A stretch of 64,000 nucleotides of DNA from Candidatus Uhrbacteria bacterium (GTDB lineage Bacteria > Patescibacteriota > Patescibacteriia > UBA9934 > UBA10169). The stretch spans positions 226,385 to 290,384 of the forward strand of contig JACPJO010000005.1 in NCBI GenBank assembly GCA_016187485.1, read 5' to 3'. Positions within the stretch are counted from its first letter, which is position 1. The number at the start of each line of letters is the position of its first letter. Shown here piece after piece: positions 25,584-33,451 of the stretch. A program made the translations under genes and the position numbers. The notes beneath the pieces are model-generated. The model was not told the origin of the DNA. It worked only from the letters and a program-made list of their open reading frames with translations, and made no database searches.

Positions 25584-26951
25584 ATGAGCCTCCCGGAATC
25601 TTGGACCTCTGAAAAACCGATTCTCGTATACCTCGACTTGGCAAACATGCGCCATGGGCAGGGTCTCGACCCGAGCCTCCTCACCCAGCGCATGCGATTC
25701 GTTCACATGGTGGCACGGCGGCACGGACGTATCCGGCGCATGGTGCTCTTTATGGACGTCGTGGCATTCGAGCCAATCTTGGAGCCGGTTGCCGAAGAAG
25801 CTGCGCGGCTCGGATTCATCATCCAGCACTGCCCACCCTTCGTGGGCAGGACACGCAAAGAGAGTGTGGATCGGCACATCCTCTGTGAACTCCAGATGCT
25901 TCTGGGAGAGGGCATTCGTCCGCACCAGGTGATTCTGGGTTCGGGAGACGGCGACTTTGCCGATGCCGCCACGTACCTTCGCAACAATGGCCACTTCGTG
26001 ATGGTTTTCCATGTGGGGCACGCCGCGCGAGTTCTCCTCGAGGCGGCAGATGCTTCCTACTCGCTGCGTCACCCCGCACAAGCAGGCGCGGCCGCGCGGC
26101 ACGCTGCCTTGCACCGTTTTGTGCAAGAGCACCTCGAGGACCTGCGCCTGCGCATACAGGGGTTTGGAAAGACACGTCACCTTACCCCCGCGGAGTATCG
26201 CCTGCTGCGCGCACTCATCATCGCCATCAACTACCACGTGTCGCAGCCTTCGGCACTCACGGACACGGATCTGGCGGTAGCTCTGCATCGGATTTCGAGG
26301 ACGGCGTACCTCGAGACCATCGAGATACCCTTCTTCGACCTGACAGTCTCAAACATCGGGTTCATAAACAGAATCTGGACAAGGAAAACTCCAGACCACA
26401 TCGCCCTTCTTAGAGTGGAACACCCTCTCGTCCAGTTCATCCTGGAAAAGTGGCGGCCAATCGAGGAGGCAATTCTGCAGGAAAGCCCTTCCCCTGTGGA
26501 AGAAACCGGTGAGACGCCTGGAACAGAGGATCCGGCAGATGCAGAAGGGCCTGTCATGGGCGCCGAGACATCCGGAGCGGATTCCACAGAGCCGGCGACC
26601 GATACGACAATGTCGGAAACCGCAGAGACGGCACCCGACACCACAGAGGCAGAGCTGGGACTTCCACAAGAAGTGATCCCGCTCCGCCTTCCAAGTCCGG
26701 TGCCTCTCCACAACGGCGCGCTCGCCACATGGGCGCTCGATCAGCTCAAGGAACGCCTCGCCCAAGCACGTCCTGGCGACCGGACGCGCCAGCCAGCGTC
26801 AGTCGTAAGCTGGCTCATGGGCCAAAGTCCTCCTCCCTCTCCATCCCGCGAGGACATCCGCGTGGCGTTGGAAGATCTGGTAGCACAAGGCGACTTGACC
26901 CGACGGGGTTCGGGAAGTCGCACGTACTTTTTCCTGCGCTGGGAATCATAG
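25584..26951 (+). CDS. NYN (LabA-like) domain protein with an acidic low-complexity linker and C-terminal HTH-like segments
   Basis: ILVYLDLANMRHGQG...VLFMDV...ILGSGDGDF resembles NYN/LabA; it is followed by an ETGETPGTEDPADAEGP... acidic tract. Start placed at MSLPESW. Confidence 0.45.
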   Translation: MSLPESWTSEKPILVYLDLANMRHGQGLDPSLLTQRMRFVHMVARRHGRIRRMVLFMDVVAFEPILEPVAEEAARLGFIIQHCPPFVGRTRKESVDRHILCELQMLLGEGIRPHQVILGSGDGDFADAATYLRNNGHFVMVFHVGHAARVLLEAADASYSLRHPAQAGAAARHAALHRFVQEHLEDLRLRIQGFGKTRHLTPAEYRLLRALIIAINYHVSQPSALTDTDLAVALHRISRTAYLETIEIPFFDLTVSNIGFINRIWTRKTPDHIALLRVEHPLVQFILEKWRPIEEAILQESPSPVEETGETPGTEDPADAEGPVMGAETSGADSTEPATDTTMSETAETAPDTTEAELGLPQEVIPLRLPSPVPLHNGALATWALDQLKERLAQARPGDRTRQPASVVSWLMGQSPPPSPSREDIRVALEDLVAQGDLTRRGSGSRTYFFLRWES

Positions 26952-27011
26952 ACCAGCGCTTCTCCCAAGCCCGGGTTTCCGGGCTTTTCAAATTGCCGTT
27001 TTTCTGCAACA

Positions 27012-28355
27012 ATGCCGCCCATTATGGAGAAGCACGCACGCAGTATTCTTTTCTGGAGCTTCTTCTTTGTTTTTCTCCTCATCGCTCCGCTGGTGATTCT
27101 TTATACATCAGGTTACCGCTATAACCCTGCCACGAAACGCTTGGCGCAAACCGGGGGAATCTCTGTCACTTCCATCCCGCGCGGAGCCGCGCTTACACTG
27201 AACGGCAAACGCACAAAGTATCTCTCTCCAGCGCTTCTACGATTCGTCCCCCCAGGAGCCGCAACTCTGCGGATTTCCAAAGAGGAATTTTTGCCTCTCG
27301 ATATGCGCTTCCCCGTTGTGCGCAGACAGACCGCACTGCTTGAAGACATTGTCCTATGGCGCAGAAGCGTGCCGACGCCGCTTGAGCAAGACCCCACTCT
27401 TCTTACCCCCAATCACCGAGGAACAACATATGCCCTCGCCGTCACAAGCGGAAACTGGACCGAAGTATGGATGGTAGATTTTCGCGATCCCAAGAAACGT
27501 CTCTTGATCACCCGTCTGCCCTCACTCGCAACAGGTCGCCTTATCATTGAATGGTCGCCAGACGACGAGTGGATTCTGCTTGTGCCGAAGGACAGGCCCG
27601 CAGATTCTCTCTTTGTGCGATTCGACGGGACACAGCCCGCACGCACAGCAGAAACCATTTCAAAAGCTCTAACCTCCCCGCTTTCTTCCATCACCTGGAT
27701 AGAAGGAGATCCCCACCGACTTCTGGCCACGACAAAAAATGGAAGCCTTCTGTGGGAACCAGGAAGAGCAGCGGAAAATATTCCCGTTGAAGCCGTGCTC
27801 GCAAAACGGGGTGAGCGCATCTACACGCTGGCCACGGACAAAAATAGAACAGTTGTCATGGAAGGATACGGACTGGAAGGGATGCCCCTCGCAAGCCTTC
27901 CGCCCTCTTCTTATCGTTTTGCGGAAAGTCCAGAAACATATCTGACGCTCTCTGATAAAACATCGCTTGTGGTTCTCTCTCTTGCATCAAAGGAAAACTC
28001 GCTCGTTCTTAAAACCGACGCCACCATGTTTGCATGGAGTCCAGACAAGAAAAGTATTGCGTATAGTAATGGGTACACAACCGCCCTTCTGCATCTGCCG
28101 TCTGGAAAGACAACAATCCTTTCGCACACAAGCGACCCCTCAACCGCACTCGCGTGGCACCCGAAAGGCACAGCGCTCGTGATAGCAGAAGCAAAAGAAC
28201 TTGTCGCGTATGACCTCTCCGTGGGTCGTGCAGTAACGCCTCTCACGGCTGCACGCGGTGTATCAACAATTATCTTTGAAAAAGACGGGGAAGCGTTTTG
28301 GTTTTTGGGGAACGTGAATGAGGCCAACGGGCTTTACCAAATACGCGTGCGCTAA
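27012..28355 (+). CDS. membrane-anchored PEGA-domain protein with a TolB-like beta-propeller region
   Basis: N-terminal TM helix; PEGA-like GGISVTSIPRGAALTLNGK; later repeats consistent with a WD40/TolB-type propeller (SPDKKSIAYSNG..). Confidence 0.5.
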   Translation: MPPIMEKHARSILFWSFFFVFLLIAPLVILYTSGYRYNPATKRLAQTGGISVTSIPRGAALTLNGKRTKYLSPALLRFVPPGAATLRISKEEFLPLDMRFPVVRRQTALLEDIVLWRRSVPTPLEQDPTLLTPNHRGTTYALAVTSGNWTEVWMVDFRDPKKRLLITRLPSLATGRLIIEWSPDDEWILLVPKDRPADSLFVRFDGTQPARTAETISKALTSPLSSITWIEGDPHRLLATTKNGSLLWEPGRAAENIPVEAVLAKRGERIYTLATDKNRTVVMEGYGLEGMPLASLPPSSYRFAESPETYLTLSDKTSLVVLSLASKENSLVLKTDATMFAWSPDKKSIAYSNGYTTALLHLPSGKTTILSHTSDPSTALAWHPKGTALVIAEAKELVAYDLSVGRAVTPLTAARGVSTIIFEKDGEAFWFLGNVNEANGLYQIRVR

Positions 28356-29440
28356 AGTTCCACTTTTGAATTTTCGCCAATAACCATGCGATGTCCCGAA
28401 TGCGGGAGAGAGTCCCCCTTTGCCGTCACTTCGGTGTTGCGTCCGAGAATCGAATCCACAATACGCTCTGGCGAAGTGATCTTCGCGCCTTCAAGCACAA
28501 TCGAGTGTTCAATTTCGCCCCCGTCGATGACGACGTCATTTCCGATGGCGGTGTAGGGACCGAGATACGCGTTCTGAACGGCAACGCGTTCGCCAATCGT
28601 CACCGGACCTCGAATCACGACGTCGGAGCTGATATGAGCGGCGGCCTCGATACGCACGGGGCCCTGAATCGTCGCACCAACCTCAACCGTCGCTCCCGCA
28701 TCGATCGTCCAAAACGCGCTTGGTTTGTCGTTCATGATGAGCTGGTTCCCCTCAAGAAAGTCACGCGGCATGCCCGTGTCCTTCCACCACCCCGTGATTT
28801 CTTCCGCACCGACCTTGTAGCCATTTTGTAAAAACCACGTGTGGATATCGCTGATCTCGTACTCGCCGCGATCACTCGGTTGGATATTTTTGAACGCCTC
28901 AAAAAAACTTTTGTCGTAGAGGTAAATGCCCGTAACCGCCATCTCGCTCGGCGGCACTTTGGGTTTTTCGTGAACGCGCACGAGATTGCCTTCCGCATCG
29001 AACTCCGCTACGCCGAGGTGCGTGGGATTCGGGACGTGTGAGAGAGCTAAGAGACAGTGAAGCGCTTCGCGCTCAAATCGTTCCACAAATCGTTTGAGGC
29101 TACCCAGAATAATATTGTCGCCCAAGTAGAACACGAACGGCTCCTCGCCGATCCAATGTTGTGCGTTATTGACGGCATGCGCGATGCCCTTCGGTCCACC
29201 TTGCTGTTCAAGGTACGTGATCGAAACACCCCAGCGCGAACCGTCGCCAACCGCGCGCTCCATTTCCGCATCGCCCGGATTAATGTTGATAGCGATCTCT
29301 TTAATACCCGCTTCAGAAATTTTCTCGATAGCATTAAAAATTAGCGGGCGGTTGGCCAACGGAATCAAATGTTTGTTCATGGTCCACGTGATCGGGCGAA
29401 ATCGCGTGGCGTGCCCGCCAGCGGCAATGAGAGCTTTCAT
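28352..29440 (-). CDS. rmlA: sugar-1-phosphate nucleotidyltransferase (RmlA-like, long form with C-terminal left-handed beta-helix)
   Basis: MKALIAAGGHATRFRPITWTMNKHLIPLANRPLI G-loop plus C-terminal hexapeptide repeats; adjacent to rmlD, rmlC and rmlB. Confidence 0.6.
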   Translation of the reverse strand: MKALIAAGGHATRFRPITWTMNKHLIPLANRPLIFNAIEKISEAGIKEIAININPGDAEMERAVGDGSRWGVSITYLEQQGGPKGIAHAVNNAQHWIGEEPFVFYLGDNIILGSLKRFVERFEREALHCLLALSHVPNPTHLGVAEFDAEGNLVRVHEKPKVPPSEMAVTGIYLYDKSFFEAFKNIQPSDRGEYEISDIHTWFLQNGYKVGAEEITGWWKDTGMPRDFLEGNQLIMNDKPSAFWTIDAGATVEVGATIQGPVRIEAAAHISSDVVIRGPVTIGERVAVQNAYLGPYTAIGNDVVIDGGEIEHSIVLEGAKITSPERIVDSILGRNTEVTAKGDSLPHSGHRMVIGENSKVEL

Positions 29441-30264
29441 AAGAGATATTCATTCAATGCCTCTTGCCACAAACGTTGGAGTGGAAGTTTGATGCTCACA
29501 AGAGATGCGTCGTGTGGACGAGAAGCGGCTCGAGGAAACATCTTGCCAGAGACGGGCGAAATGTCAATCACCATATCCTTAAGACGAAAGATCTCTTTGG
29601 CAAACTCGTACCAACTGCACTTGCCGCTGTTGGCGGCATGGTAGAGGCCGGGAGGATATTTTTCGACGATCTCTCGCGTGGCACGTGCAAGGTCTAGCGC
29701 GTACGTCGGACTCGCAATTTCGTCATCCACGAGGTTAAGGTGATCTTTTTTTGAAGCGAGATCGAGCATCAAATCCACAAAACTTTTCTTGCCGCCTTCG
29801 CTCACGGCAGGCTTGCCAAAGAGTCGCGCAAGCCGAATGACATAGGCGCGTGCGCCTGACGCAAGCACGGCCTGTTCACCCTTGAGCTTGCTCGCACCGT
29901 AGACGGAGATCGGATGCGGCTCGTCCTCTTCCGAGTAGGATCCCTTCTCTCCATCGAAGACAAAATCCGTCCCGTAGTGCACAAACGTTGTATTAAGCTC
30001 TCGCGCAATCCGTGCAAGGTTCCCCGGCGCTTCGGCGTTGAGTTTATACGCGAGTTCCTTTCCTTCCTCCTCGGCACGATCGACATCGTTGTAAGCCACG
30101 GCATTCACGATCAAATCAGGAGCTAAGCTCCTGATTTTTTCTTCACTAACCGGAGTTAAAACATCGCACTCCTCCCGATCCCAAGCCGTAAGCTCGTGAT
30201 CGGCAAACGCCTTCACCAGTTCCTGCCCCAGCATCCCCTTCGCGCCGAGAATAAGTGTTTTCAT
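29437..30264 (-). CDS. rmlD: dTDP-4-dehydrorhamnose reductase
   Basis: MKTLILGAKGMLGQEL...YGASK: RmlD-type SDR. Confidence 0.8.
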   Translation of the reverse strand: MKTLILGAKGMLGQELVKAFADHELTAWDREECDVLTPVSEEKIRSLAPDLIVNAVAYNDVDRAEEEGKELAYKLNAEAPGNLARIARELNTTFVHYGTDFVFDGEKGSYSEEDEPHPISVYGASKLKGEQAVLASGARAYVIRLARLFGKPAVSEGGKKSFVDLMLDLASKKDHLNLVDDEIASPTYALDLARATREIVEKYPPGLYHAANSGKCSWYEFAKEIFRLKDMVIDISPVSGKMFPRAASRPHDASLVSIKLPLQRLWQEALNEYLL

Positions 30265-30309
30265 AACGCGCGTATCATAACGAACTGACTACTTTTCCAC
30301 AAACCACCA

Positions 30310-30338
30310 TTGACTTTTTGAGAAAAGTGTGATGAAAT
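30310..30338 (+). promoter_or_regulatory. putative sigma70 promoter (TTGACT-N16/17-TGAAAT, with TGa upstream of the -10) for the structured leader + tRNA unit
   Basis: ttgactttttgagaaaagtgtgatgaaat; the same arrangement as the tRNA-Ala promoter at 5789-5817. Confidence 0.4.
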
Positions 30339-30425
30339 ACTTCCGTCGATGAGGCGAAAGCCTACCTCGAGTGTCATACAAACTCCCCCTCAAAGGGAGT
30401 TTGTATTTGTTATCCAAGGACGTAC

Positions 30426-30501
30426 GGGACGGTGGAGGTAGTGGTAGCCTCATCGAATTTGACACTCGAGGGCACGGGTTCGATCCCCGTCCGTTCCACC
30501 A
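30426..30501 (+). tRNA. tRNA with alanine identity elements (G3:U70, A73) but apparent anticodon UGA; assignment uncertain
   Basis: GGGACGGTGGAGGTAGTGGTAGCCTCATCGAATTTGACACTCGAGGGCACGGGTTCGATCCCCGTCCGTTCCACCA: 7-bp acceptor stem with G3:U70, D arm GAGG/CCTC, anticodon arm TCGAA-TTTGACA-CTCGA, 4-nt variable loop, T arm ACGGG-TTCGATC-CCCGT, encoded CCA. Confidence 0.6.
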
Positions 30502-30525
30502 AACGTACAACCTTGGACTAGAGCG

Positions 30526-30557
30526 CCCCGCGTCCTCATGACGCGGGGTTGCTGTTT
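30526..30557 (+). terminator. Rho-independent terminator (ccccgcg-tcctcatga-cgcgggg followed by ttgctgttt)
   Basis: Hairpin plus U-rich tract 25 nt after the tRNA 3' end. Confidence 0.55.
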
Positions 30558-31110
30558 AAGAAAGATTGTTCAGAAATAGATGCTTGCGGTCGCGGTCAGA
30601 GATGATCGCTTCAGAAAGTGGGACCGGCCAGGGGATAGCAAGTGTTGGATCGGCGAGGTTGACGGCGGTTGCTGTTTTGTACGCCTCCTCGCTCCAGTGT
30701 TTGTTGACACTGTAGAGATAATACACCTCGTCGGTGAGACATTGGTACGAGTTTCCCACACCTTGTGGCACAAAGACGGCTTTGTTGTTGTCGAGTTCAA
30801 GCGTTACGACACGACCGAAAGCCTCGCCTTTGCGCAAGTCCACATACGCCACGAACACACGACCCGTCACCACAGAAACGTATTTGTCCCACGGTTCCGC
30901 ATGAATCCCTCGCGTGACGCCCTTCTTGTTGTACGCAAGCGAGTTCTGCACGACATGGAAACTCTCCGGCATTCCCGCCGCCACGAGCTTTTCTTTTTGA
31001 TACTTTTCCTGAAACCATCCACGCTCGTCTCCGACGGACGTTACGTCAAACACAATGAGTCCAGAAATCTCGGTCGTATGGCCCGTGACTTGGGTAGTTG
31101 GTACGCTCAT
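30556..31110 (-). CDS. rmlC: dTDP-4-dehydrorhamnose 3,5-epimerase
   Basis: Cupin-fold RmlC motifs (GDERGWFQE, RGIHAEPWDKYVSVVTGRVF). Confidence 0.85.
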   Translation of the reverse strand: MSVPTTQVTGHTTEISGLIVFDVTSVGDERGWFQEKYQKEKLVAAGMPESFHVVQNSLAYNKKGVTRGIHAEPWDKYVSVVTGRVFVAYVDLRKGEAFGRVVTLELDNNKAVFVPQGVGNSYQCLTDEVYYLYSVNKHWSEEAYKTATAVNLADPTLAIPWPVPLSEAIISDRDRKHLFLNNLS

Positions 31111-32123
31111 ACCATGTGCCCTTTCGAGGCGTAGTTCTGTTTATAATATTCCAGGTAAGCACCCGATTTGAGCGGCTTCCACCACGCCTCATGCTCCCGA
31201 TACCACGCAATGGTTTTCTTCAACCCCTCTTCGAAATCCACCCGTGGCCTCCAACCAAGCTCTTGCGTAAGCCTTGTGTGATCCACGGCGTAACGCCAAT
31301 CGTGTCCCGGACGGTCTTTCACTCGTTCAATCATCTCCTCGCCGACTCCCATGAGCGCGAGGATCTTCTGTGTGAGCTCGATATTTGAAATGCGGTAATC
31401 CGTTCCGATGTTGTACACCGAGCCAGACGCCGCTTTTTCTATAATCATTTCAATCGCCGAACAGTGATCTTCTGTGAAAATCCATTCGCGTACATTACTG
31501 CCGTCGCCGTAGAGTGGCACTTTTTTGCCCTCAATAAGATTGGTGATAAAAAGTGGAATCACCTTTTCGGGATACTGGTTGGGACCATAGAAATTACAGG
31601 AGTGTGTGACAACCACTGGCGTGCCATACGTTTTGAAATAGGCGCTGCACAAATGATCCGCTCCCGCTTTTGCCGCCGAGTATGGCGAGCTTGGATCAAA
31701 GCGCGTTTCTTCCGTAAACAATCCGTCCACCGTCGAGCCGTACACTTCGTCTGTAGAGACTTGCACCATCTTTTTAATGCCGAACTTTTTTGTGGATTCA
31801 AGCAAATTGTACGTCCCAATAATCTCTGTGTACAAAAAAGCGGTTGGATCGAGAATCGATCGGTCCACATGGGTCTCGGCCGCGTAGTTCAAAATGACAT
31901 CCACACCCCCTCCAACAACCTCATCCACAATCTTTTGGTCGGCAATGTCTCCTTTTACAAAATGATAGCGCGTATTCCCATCAAGATCTCGAAGATTTTC
32001 CAGGTTACCGCAATAGGTAAGTTTATCAAGTACAACCACTTCGACGTTTTCCTGGCGACCCAACAGGTAATGCACCATGTTGGAGCCCATAAACCCTGCT
32101 CCGCCAGTAATGAGAACCTTCAT
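31107..32123 (-). CDS. rmlB: dTDP-glucose 4,6-dehydratase
   Basis: MKVLITGGAGFMGSNMVHYLL...YSAAKAGADHL (YxxxK); start placed at the internal Met. Confidence 0.85.
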   Translation of the reverse strand: MKVLITGGAGFMGSNMVHYLLGRQENVEVVVLDKLTYCGNLENLRDLDGNTRYHFVKGDIADQKIVDEVVGGGVDVILNYAAETHVDRSILDPTAFLYTEIIGTYNLLESTKKFGIKKMVQVSTDEVYGSTVDGLFTEETRFDPSSPYSAAKAGADHLCSAYFKTYGTPVVVTHSCNFYGPNQYPEKVIPLFITNLIEGKKVPLYGDGSNVREWIFTEDHCSAIEMIIEKAASGSVYNIGTDYRISNIELTQKILALMGVGEEMIERVKDRPGHDWRYAVDHTRLTQELGWRPRVDFEEGLKKTIAWYREHEAWWKPLKSGAYLEYYKQNYASKGHMV

Positions 32124-32163
32124 AAATCGGTACCAGGTACAAAATATGGATGACTCCCGCACC

Positions 32164-32712
32164 CTACCTCTTTTTAATCAATTTGAGAACATGCGGACGT
32201 GCGAGAGCCCACGCAGCGATAGTCAGACTGTCTTTCACGCGATTCGTTGTGATCGCACGATCCGCCTCCAGAACCGTGAGCCAGCATAAGCTGATCTGCT
32301 CCGTTTCGGTAAAGGTAGCTTCTTCTTGTGTCAATCCTGTCGCAAGAAAAACCTGCGCTTTCTCATCCGAAAGACCGTTGTTGGAGTAAAAATCTCTGAT
32401 TTTTTTGAGATGTCGCGCGGTAAGACCCGTCTCCTCCTTAAGCTCCGCCGCCGCTGTCTGACGAAACGTATCCGCTGGCTTCACTCCACCTCCCGGAAGC
32501 TCCAGACCGACCTTTTGAAAGAGATAACGATAATTGTTAATCCATGCGACCCTTCCCTCTGCATCTACCGCAACAATAAAAGCAACCCCGGGCGTATGCA
32601 TGTAATGAAACCGACCCTTCTTCCCGCTCGGCAACTCAAATCGATCGAGCCGATATTCCCACCATGGATTTTTCTTCACGACCTTCGTCGAAAGTGTTTT
32701 CCATTTTTTCAT
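32164..32712 (-). CDS. Nudix hydrolase (ADP-ribose pyrophosphatase-like)
   Basis: GGGVKPADTFRQTAAAELKEETGL Nudix box. Confidence 0.7.
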   Translation of the reverse strand: MKKWKTLSTKVVKKNPWWEYRLDRFELPSGKKGRFHYMHTPGVAFIVAVDAEGRVAWINNYRYLFQKVGLELPGGGVKPADTFRQTAAAELKEETGLTARHLKKIRDFYSNNGLSDEKAQVFLATGLTQEEATFTETEQISLCWLTVLEADRAITTNRVKDSLTIAAWALARPHVLKLIKKR

Positions 32713-33110
32713 AACGCGGCACGGATGTTCTCGGCAAGAGTTGGCAAGTCAGGTTTGGGATCCATCTGTCCCCACAGCGCCTTTCCGTCACCTGCCTTGC
32801 GCGGAAGGATATGGAAATGCGTGTGCATCACCATTTGACCCGATACTTTGCCTGTATTGCACGTGAGATTAAATCCTTCCGCCCCAACGGCCTTCAAAAT
32901 TCCCGGAGTAATCTTTTGTACCGCCGCAACCGCAGCTTCCGCTTCGTGCGGTTCAAGACCAAGCATGTTTTCGGAGTGCTTTTTGGGAACGACAAGCGTG
33001 TGTCCGAGAACGCTTGGAAAAATATCGAGGAATACAACGACATGATCGTCCTCGTAGAGTTTGTGCGAGGGCAACTCGCCCGCAATAATTTGGCAAAAAA
33101 TACAAGGCAT
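32709..33110 (-). CDS. HIT family protein (histidine triad nucleotide hydrolase)
   Basis: MPCIFCQIIAGELPSHKLYEDDHVVVFLDIFP...HTHFHILPR histidine triad. Confidence 0.8.
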   Translation of the reverse strand: MPCIFCQIIAGELPSHKLYEDDHVVVFLDIFPSVLGHTLVVPKKHSENMLGLEPHEAEAAVAAVQKITPGILKAVGAEGFNLTCNTGKVSGQMVMHTHFHILPRKAGDGKALWGQMDPKPDLPTLAENIRAAL

Positions 33111-33114
33111 ATAT

Positions 33115-33450
33115 TTAGGAGTTTGAAACGAGGAGAACCCGATAAGCAATGTAGGGGATGAGGGCGCTTAGGAAGGTGAAGAGAATCCGATACTCCTCAA
33201 GCGGACGGCCGAGGTTCCATGTGACGATCGTGGCCCCAAATCCGAAAAGAACGACGATGCCACGCTCGACTCCTGCATGCCGCTCGATAGGAATACCCTT
33301 TGCCGCGAGGACAATGTAGAGGGCGAGGCCGATCAACAAAAGCCAGTGCGCCGAGAGATAGTTGGATACAAGGCCCGGAAATGTCACGTCTAAAAAAACA
33401 AGCAAGAAATACATGGCGATGGAGAGCAGAAACGCAAAGCGGATATACAT
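33115..33450 (-). CDS. hypothetical small membrane protein
   Basis: Start placed at MYIRFAFLLSIAMYFLLVF; 3-4 TM helices. The longer track ORF upstream is Arg/Trp/Cys-rich junk. Confidence 0.3.
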   Translation of the reverse strand: MYIRFAFLLSIAMYFLLVFLDVTFPGLVSNYLSAHWLLLIGLALYIVLAAKGIPIERHAGVERGIVVLFGFGATIVTWNLGRPLEEYRILFTFLSALIPYIAYRVLLVSNS

Positions 33451-33451
33451 A

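Noticed and set aside
30330-30501. Possibility that the structured region plus the CCA-ending tRNA-like 3' end is a tmRNA or RNase P RNA
   Set aside because: A complete 76-nt cloverleaf is present by itself and the upstream structured part is under 100 nt. There is no tag-peptide ORF or resume codon context, and it is far too short for RNase P RNA. It is treated as a tRNA leader instead.
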